Shown here in pieces: positions 57,863-64,000 of a stretch of 64,000 nt of DNA (positions within the stretch are counted from its first letter, which is position 1; each line of letters opens with the position of its first letter). Position numbers and translations under genes: made by a program. The notes beneath the pieces were generated by a model. It was given only the letters and a program-made list of their open reading frames with translations, did not search any database and was not told the DNA's origin. The stretch comes from Desulfobacterales bacterium (GTDB lineage Bacteria > Desulfobacterota > Desulfobacteria > Desulfobacterales > JAEINQ01): contig JAEINQ010000030.1 in NCBI GenBank assembly GCA_016342285.1, positions 4,490-68,489 on the forward strand, written 5' to 3'.

Positions 57863-60778
57863 ATGACCGTCGACCGGATCAACGAAGAGAATCGACCGCT
57901 GTATAACAGCCGGGTCATAAAAATCTGCTTGGAGTGTCTGATTGATCGCCATCCACAGATCGATTCCCATGGGGTCTTGGTTGCGTCCGGCATCACGCCC
58001 CAGGAAATTGAAGATCCCGCCCACTGGTTCAGCCAGCGACAGGCCGATGCCTTCATCGACGCGGTGATGGAAAAAACCGACGACCCGAACTTTCCCCGGG
58101 AGGCCGGAAGACACTACGCCAAAACCGTCAGTCTCGGCCCCATGAAGCAATATGCCCTCGGCCTGCTCAACATGGGCCTGGTCTTCAGGGCCATCAGCCG
58201 AATGTACGCCATCTTCAGCCGCGGAGCGGTTTTGCGTTTTAGGAAACTCGGGGCAACACAGGTTGAAATCGTATCGACACCGGCAGACGGCGTGGACGAA
58301 AAAGCGTATCAATGTGACAACCGGATCGGAATCTTTGAGGCCGTGGGCCAGATTTTCCGCAACCGCTTCAACACGGTGGACCACCCCGAGTGCCGGTACC
58401 GGGGGGATGCCGTCTGCCGGTATATCATTTCATGGGAACGATCAGGTCTCCAGCGCTTGCAGCACGCCCGGAACCTGAGCCTACCCGTTTTCCTCCTGAC
58501 AGCCGCCATCGCCTTTCCGTTGCTGCCGCGCGAGGCCTGGACCGTATTGTTTTTGACCCTTCTGGGCGTAACCGCCAGCCTCTTCTACGCCATTGAACGG
58601 ATCACCAATCGCAAACTCACCGGGATCATCACCCAGCAGGGGGCCATGGCCGAAGGGGTCATGGAAAATGACCGGCTGCACTACAGCAGCGCTGTTTTGT
58701 TCAAAAATCTCGGGCAGGTCGTTTCCACGGTTTGTGAAACGGATCGACTGATTGATGAGATTTCCGCTGTAATGGCCGGACAGCTCCCCTTTGACCGCGG
58801 CGCCTTCATGATCGCCAACCGTGAAGGGACCCGGTTAATCTTTCGCGGTGGATACGGATTCACGGAAGATCAAGAGCGGCTGATGGCGTCGCTCCCCATT
58901 CCCGTTGATACCCCAGCAACAAACGATCTGATTGTTAAGGTGTTTCATTCCCGGAAGCCGATCCTTTCGGAAAGCGCTGAAGGCCTTAAAGACCAAATCT
59001 CCGCGGAAAACCTGAAGAGCGTCTTGAACGTTGGGAATCGTTCGCTGAACGCGGTACCGATCGTTTACGAGGACCAGTCCCTCGGCGTACTGATTGTGGA
59101 CAACCACCTGAGCACGCCCATGCCCCAGAGCGATGTGAGTATCCTGATGGCCATCGCCTCCCAGACGGCCGTGGGCATCATCAACGCCCGATCCTATCAA
59201 CAGCTCAGGGAAAACGAGGCGAGATACCGCCTGCTGGCAGACAACGTGTCGGATATCATCTGGATTTTGGATCTGGCATCCCGGAAATTTACTTATGTGA
59301 GTCCGTCCGTTGACGCCATCCTGGACTACACTCCCGAAGAGACCATGGCACTGAGCCTGGCGCAAATCCTGCCGTCTGAGTCCGCGGTGAAAGTCGAAAA
59401 GGCCATGGCAACGGAATTGGGGAAGGAAAGAGAGGCGGACGCAGACCCTCACCGGACAAGAACCATAGCGGCCGAAAACATCCGCAAAGACGGCACGACC
59501 ATCTGGACCGAAATCATTACGCGGTTCCTGCGCAACAACAGCGGGAAGCCGACCCATATCCTCGGCATCACCCGGGATATCAGCGAAAGACGGCGCACCG
59601 AAAAAGAGAAGGCGCGCCTTCAAGAAAGACTGCAGCGAGCGGAAAAACTTGAAGCCCTGGGCACCCTGGCAGGCGGCGTGGCCCATGATCTGAACAACAT
59701 TCTCAGCGGCATCGTCGGATATCCGGACCTGCTGCTGATGGATCTCCCTGACGACAGTCCCCTGCGCCAGAGCATTCTCGCCATCAAGAAGTCCGGACAA
59801 AAGGCGGCGGCCATTGTCCAGGACCTGCTGACACTGGCCCGGCGCAGCCCGGTCAACAAGTTGGTCATGGGCCTGAACACGGTCGTTACGGAGTATCTCA
59901 ACTCGCCGGAGCATCAAGGTCTTGACCAGGACCACCCCGCCATCGCGTTCAAGATCCGCTTGTCGGACGATGCCTTGAACATCCGGGGGTCGGCGGTCCA
60001 TCTGTCGAAGGTAATCATGAATCTGGTCCGCAATGCCGCCGAAGCCATGCCGGCCGGCGGCTGCGTGACCATCGTAACCCGGAACATTTACCTGGACACG
60101 CCCGTCAACAATTTCGAACTGATCCCCGAAGGCGAATTCGCGTTGTTGAGCGTCACCGATGAGGGGGTCGGCATTTCAGCCCAAGACCTGCAACGCCTCT
60201 TCGACCCGTTCTATTCCAAAAAAAGGCTGAAACGCAGCGGATCCGGATTGGGCACCACCATTATTTGGTCCACCATCAAGGATCACGACGGGTATATCGA
60301 CGTCTCTTCCGTGGAGGGGGAGGGAACCCGGTTTGACATCTACCTGCCGTTCACCCGGGAGGAAATCGACCCTGCGGCGGCCCCCCTTCTTCTGGAAGAC
60401 TATCTGGGGGATGAGACGGTGCTGGTGGTCGATGACGTGCAAGAACAGCGGGAAATCACCGTAAAAATGTTAAGCAAGCTGGGTTATCGCGCCACCGCCC
60501 TGGCCAGCGGCGAAGAGGCCGTTGGGTTTTTCAAGACCCGCCGTGTGGATCTTCTCGTCCTGGATATGATCATGCCACCGGGAATCGATGGGCTTGAAAC
60601 CTATCGTCGGGTGAGTGAATATCATCCCCACCAAAAAGCCGTCATCGCAAGCGGATATTCCGAGTCCGAACAGGTGAAAGAGGTGCAGCGGCTGGGCGCC
60701 GGGGCATATGTTCGAAAGCCCTTTACCCTCGAACAGATCGGTCATGCCGTCCGCACCGAGCTTGATCGCACCCGCTAA
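57863..60778 (+). CDS. Hybrid histidine kinase: V4R-like N-terminal domain, 2 TM, GAF, PAS, HisKA, HATPase, REC
   Basis: QCDNRIG...HPECRYRGDAVCRY; GVAHDLNN; LDMIMP. Confidence 0.92.
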   Translation: MTVDRINEENRPLYNSRVIKICLECLIDRHPQIDSHGVLVASGITPQEIEDPAHWFSQRQADAFIDAVMEKTDDPNFPREAGRHYAKTVSLGPMKQYALGLLNMGLVFRAISRMYAIFSRGAVLRFRKLGATQVEIVSTPADGVDEKAYQCDNRIGIFEAVGQIFRNRFNTVDHPECRYRGDAVCRYIISWERSGLQRLQHARNLSLPVFLLTAAIAFPLLPREAWTVLFLTLLGVTASLFYAIERITNRKLTGIITQQGAMAEGVMENDRLHYSSAVLFKNLGQVVSTVCETDRLIDEISAVMAGQLPFDRGAFMIANREGTRLIFRGGYGFTEDQERLMASLPIPVDTPATNDLIVKVFHSRKPILSESAEGLKDQISAENLKSVLNVGNRSLNAVPIVYEDQSLGVLIVDNHLSTPMPQSDVSILMAIASQTAVGIINARSYQQLRENEARYRLLADNVSDIIWILDLASRKFTYVSPSVDAILDYTPEETMALSLAQILPSESAVKVEKAMATELGKEREADADPHRTRTIAAENIRKDGTTIWTEIITRFLRNNSGKPTHILGITRDISERRRTEKEKARLQERLQRAEKLEALGTLAGGVAHDLNNILSGIVGYPDLLLMDLPDDSPLRQSILAIKKSGQKAAAIVQDLLTLARRSPVNKLVMGLNTVVTEYLNSPEHQGLDQDHPAIAFKIRLSDDALNIRGSAVHLSKVIMNLVRNAAEAMPAGGCVTIVTRNIYLDTPVNNFELIPEGEFALLSVTDEGVGISAQDLQRLFDPFYSKKRLKRSGSGLGTTIIWSTIKDHDGYIDVSSVEGEGTRFDIYLPFTREEIDPAAAPLLLEDYLGDETVLVVDDVQEQREITVKMLSKLGYRATALASGEEAVGFFKTRRVDLLVLDMIMPPGIDGLETYRRVSEYHPHQKAVIASGYSESEQVKEVQRLGAGAYVRKPFTLEQIGHAVRTELDRTR

Positions 60779-60782
60779 CGCA

Positions 60783-60972
60783 AAAAATCCCGGCCTGAAG
60801 GACCAGTCTTTGGTTTGCCCCTTGAAGGGGTTGTCCTGTGTGCTTGAAGTTTGAAGTGCCTAAATTAAGGCATTTCGAACTTTAGCGCATTTTAGGCATT
60901 TGCCGGCGATTCTATCGGCATCGCCAATTGACTCTGACCATGCCCTGAGGGCATGGATTCCAATGGCGAATT
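60783..60972 (+). repeat. Repeat family B copy
   Basis: AAAATCCCGGCCTGAAGGACCAGTCTTTGGTTTG ... GCCAATTGACTCTGACCA ... ATGGATTCC. Confidence 0.8.
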
Positions 60973-60978
60973 GAAGAT

Positions 60979-61758
60979 TCAAGACGAGAAAATCAGGTGG
61001 GCATAATTGACGTAGATCAGCCGGACAATGGTCAGTAAAACCACGGTAATAAAGACAGGGCGGATGAAGCGCGCCCCGTTTTTGATGGCCAGCCCCGACC
61101 CGACCCGCGCCCCCACGATTTGCCCCGCGGCCATGCACAGGCCGGCCGACCACATCACATTGCCGCCGAGAATGAATCCGCCCAGGGCCACGACGTTGCT
61201 GGTTAAGTTGACGATCCGGGTAAACCCGGCGGCCCGTGTCATGTTGTGGCCCAGCAGCACGATCAGGGCCGCGGTCCAGAACGACCCGGTGCCGGGCCCG
61301 AAAAAGCCGTCATAAAACCCCAGGGCCAGGCCGAAGACCAGGGCAAAAACAAAGGCAGGCATGCGGGCTGAGCGGTCCATGTCGCCGGGGTTCTTTGAAA
61401 AGATCATGTAGGCCAGGACCAGCAGCAGCATGACGGGGATCAGGTGGCGGATAAAGGCCGCATCCATCTGCTGGACGGCCCATGAGCCAATGGCCGCACC
61501 CAAAAAGGTGAAGACCACGGCCGGGGCCGCTGTCTTAACATCAATGACCCCTTTTTTGATGTAGTTGTAAGCGGCGAACAGGGTGCCGAAGCTGCTCTGG
61601 AGCTTATTGGTCCCCAAGGCCAGTTGGGGCGGCAGCCCCACGGAGATCAAAATGGGCAGGGAAATGAGCCCCCCGCCGCCGGCGATGGAATCAACAAATC
61701 CGGCACAAAAACCGGTGGCCACCAGCAGGGCCAAAATGTCGGTGGTCATCTCTATCAT
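60979..61758 (-). CDS. TSUP/TauE-SafE family membrane protein (YfcA-like)
   Basis: AGFVDSIAGGGGLI, ALGTNKLQ, GFYDGFFGPGTG. Start uncertain. Confidence 0.92.
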   Translation of the reverse strand: MIEMTTDILALLVATGFCAGFVDSIAGGGGLISLPILISVGLPPQLALGTNKLQSSFGTLFAAYNYIKKGVIDVKTAAPAVVFTFLGAAIGSWAVQQMDAAFIRHLIPVMLLLVLAYMIFSKNPGDMDRSARMPAFVFALVFGLALGFYDGFFGPGTGSFWTAALIVLLGHNMTRAAGFTRIVNLTSNVVALGGFILGGNVMWSAGLCMAAGQIVGARVGSGLAIKNGARFIRPVFITVVLLTIVRLIYVNYAHLIFSS

Positions 61759-61821
61759 GGGCAGCATCAAGCCTATCTTTTAAATGGAAAAAATGATCCG
61801 TCCATAGAAAGCCTTTTTTTC

Positions 61822-61902
61822 ACCACAAAGGACACGAAGAGCACGAAGGGTTTGTAATAATATATAATGATTTCATCTTCGTGTACTTCGTGCTCTCGTG
61901 GT
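61822..61902. repeat. ACCAC/GTGGT palindromic repeat (inverted relative of 6046)
   Basis: ACCACAAAGGACACGAAGAGCACGAAG ... CTTCGTGTACTTCGTGCTCTCGTGGT. Confidence 0.85.
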
Positions 61903-61969
61903 TCATTAAAAAAAAGCCATTTTGTCTTCGACAACTGGGCGGGATCAGACCATATTCCAAGGGGTTTGG

Positions 61970-62962
61970 CTACCTCTTTTTCCGTTTCAACAGCCCCTGG
62001 TAGGATTCGGTCAGCCGGCCGAAAAGCGCCCCGTCCCCGCCTTTGTCCGGATGGTGCCGCAAGGCGAGGTTGCGATAGAGCCGGGTGAGCCGGCGGCGTC
62101 CCATGGCCTGAAGTTCCTGTCGGGAAACCCCGAAGAGTTCGCTGGCCGCATCCATGTCCACCGGCCGCGGGGCCGGCCATCGGTGGGCGCGGCGGGCATT
62201 CATGAAATCACGCAGATAATCGCCCATGGGGGAACCGGAGGGAAACTCGGAATCAAAATGCATGATCACGTACTTTCGCAGGTATTCTTCCAGCCCGCCA
62301 GCCCGCTCCATTCCCTTCCAGAACGCCTCGTTTTCATTGAGCCGGCAGATGTCCCGGACAAAGCATGCATCCATCTTCTCAACGCTGAGCCCCTGGGGAA
62401 ACTGTCTGGCAAAACGTTCCGTGAAATGCCGTTGCAGGTCAAAGATCGCAAAAACATAAGTCCTCAGTTCCGTGGGCTTGAGGATCCTTTCTTCAGCGGC
62501 AAAGTATTGCTCTATTTCGTCGCGGGATTTGTGGTAAAGCACCCGGGTCATTTTCGGTGAAAGCGATTCGATATTGCCCGGATCAACATCTCCGAATTTC
62601 AGGAAATGGAGCCGGCGTTTATCGAAATGGTGGATATGGGGAAAAAGATCGGGCTCGGCCGCCACGGGAGCGGCTTTCCCCGGTCTCTGAAACCCCTTGA
62701 TGACCCGCCGGATCCGCGGATCGAGAAAGTCCCAGAAAACCCGGTCCAAATCGTCGGAGCCTGGATCGAGCTCGCATTTTTCCACGGCGGCAACGACCTC
62801 GTCGTCATAATAGTATCCGTTTCCGCCCGGATAGACGATATGCCGCCCCGGATCACCCCCCAGGTTGAATACATCCCGGCTCTTCAGCGTATCGCCGTCG
62901 AGGTAGCTGTCCCGGATAAAATAGCAAATCCGGTTATGGATGGTTTTTCGCGCCAGGTACAT
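61970..62962 (-). CDS. Protein with C-terminal DnaJ (J) domain
   Basis: YRNLALRHHPDKGG; N-terminal region unassigned. Confidence 0.85.
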   Translation of the reverse strand: MYLARKTIHNRICYFIRDSYLDGDTLKSRDVFNLGGDPGRHIVYPGGNGYYYDDEVVAAVEKCELDPGSDDLDRVFWDFLDPRIRRVIKGFQRPGKAAPVAAEPDLFPHIHHFDKRRLHFLKFGDVDPGNIESLSPKMTRVLYHKSRDEIEQYFAAEERILKPTELRTYVFAIFDLQRHFTERFARQFPQGLSVEKMDACFVRDICRLNENEAFWKGMERAGGLEEYLRKYVIMHFDSEFPSGSPMGDYLRDFMNARRAHRWPAPRPVDMDAASELFGVSRQELQAMGRRRLTRLYRNLALRHHPDKGGDGALFGRLTESYQGLLKRKKR

Positions 62963-63246
62963 GGGGTTGAATTCCCTTCGGTTAGAACCTCCATTTTTTT
63001 CGCTACAAAACTCGCCAAAGGCATGAACGCACATTTGGCAATATATGCATAAAGCAGGATAAGCCAATTGTATAGGCCGGAGTATCCGGCACTGGTCGCT
63101 AAGGGGGGCATTATTTGACCTTGTTCATGATCTTCGAGTTCATGCCGAAAAGTAGCGTCGTTGCGCGAGATTTATGTTTCGCGCCAGGCAGCCCTTGACT
63201 TGGCCGATTAAAAATGGCTACAGGTTCCCATTTAGGAGGCATCCAA

Positions 63247-63291
63247 ATGAAAACCATGGGCATCAGCAAATTCTTTCCTATGGGCATGTGA
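63247..63291 (+). CDS. Candidate 14-aa small ORF MKTMGISKFFPMGM
   Basis: AGGAGG RBS 7 nt upstream of the ATG; TTGACT upstream. Confidence 0.35.
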   Translation: MKTMGISKFFPMGM

Positions 63292-63454
63292 AAAGCATCT
63301 GGTAACCATCGCGTCGCTGCCCCGTACAACCATGCATTTTGTTGAGCCGGACCGGCTGCCGACGGTGTTGACACTGGAGCCGGCAGGGTCCTGACCACAA
63401 CCGAACAGGGGATTGCCCATGATCAATGGCCTGAAATCCGCCTGCAGGAGGTGA

Positions 63455-64000
63455 ATGGAAATGCAAATCGACCTGAGAGAGTTGGAGCCGCGACATGCCC
63501 ACGACCTGATGACCAGTGCCATCATCCCCCGGCCCATCGCCTGGGTATCGTCCATGAATCGTCGCGGCCGGGCCAATCTGGCACCGTTCAGCTTTTTCAC
63601 CGGCGTGTCCTGGTCCCCGCCGATCCTCGCCTTTTCCGTGGTCAACCGATCCGACGGCACCCGGAAAGACACTGCAATCAACATCGAGCAGGTCCCGGAA
63701 TTTGTGGTCAACATCGTGTCGGTGGATCTTTTGTCCCCCATGGAAGAATCGGCAAAGCCGATCCCCTGCGGCGCCGATGAGTCTGCCATAACGGGCATCC
63801 GCTGGATTCCCGCAAAAACAGTAAGGCCTTACCGGATTCAGGAGGCGAGGGTTTCCTTTGAATGCACCCTGGAGCGCATTGTCGCCACGGGGGACGGCCC
63901 CCATGCAGGAAACCTGATCCTGGGCAGGATTCAGATGGTCCATATCCGGGATGATCTGCTTGAGAACGAACGCGAGGTGAACTGGGCCGGACTGGATGTT
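63455..64000 (+). CDS. Flavin reductase-like family protein (truncated by window end)
   Basis: Manual translation MEMQIDL...IIPRPIAWVSS...NLAPFSFF...KDTAINI...EFVVN; AGGAGG RBS. Confidence 0.9.
   Translation, partial: MEMQIDLRELEPRHAHDLMTSAIIPRPIAWVSSMNRRGRANLAPFSFFTGVSWSPPILAFSVVNRSDGTRKDTAINIEQVPEFVVNIVSVDLLSPMEESAKPIPCGADESAITGIRWIPAKTVRPYRIQEARVSFECTLERIVATGDGPHAGNLILGRIQMVHIRDDLLENEREVNWAGLDV

Noticed and set aside
63289-63345. Selenocysteine readthrough of the small ORF's TGA
   Set aside because: Readthrough adds only 17 unremarkable codons, and I see no convincing SECIS.

Overview
GC-rich chromosomal window that by gene content looks like an anaerobic sulfate-reducing deltaproteobacterium (Desulfobacterales/Desulfosarcina-like; inference). 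The left end holds an uncharacterised glycyl radical enzyme (GRE) operon (GRE, activase, APC amino-acid permease), divergent from a FadR/GntR regulator and a frameshifted M14 lipoprotein peptidase, with twin GGTATTACC operators. It is followed by an orange-protein (ORP)/MinD-Fe-S ATPase operon, rhodanese/TauE/flavodoxin-ferredoxin genes, and rubrerythrin. An AT-richer block has two PAS sensor genes, each preceded by a copy of a 204-bp non-coding element. The rest contains pfkA, a plant-HPR1-like hydroxypyruvate reductase, many hybrid histidine kinases, three solute-binding proteins without transporters, an MCP, pheA/aroF, an M20 peptidase with a DUF5058 pair, a GGDEF protein and a Ser/Thr kinase. 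Intergenic DNA carries several modular palindromic repeat families and internally deleted gene remnants (rsgA, ypjD-like), plus a 5'-truncated ferredoxin. I found no rRNA, tRNA, CRISPR array, transposase or integrase. All family assignments come from motif recognition by eye; no database search was run.
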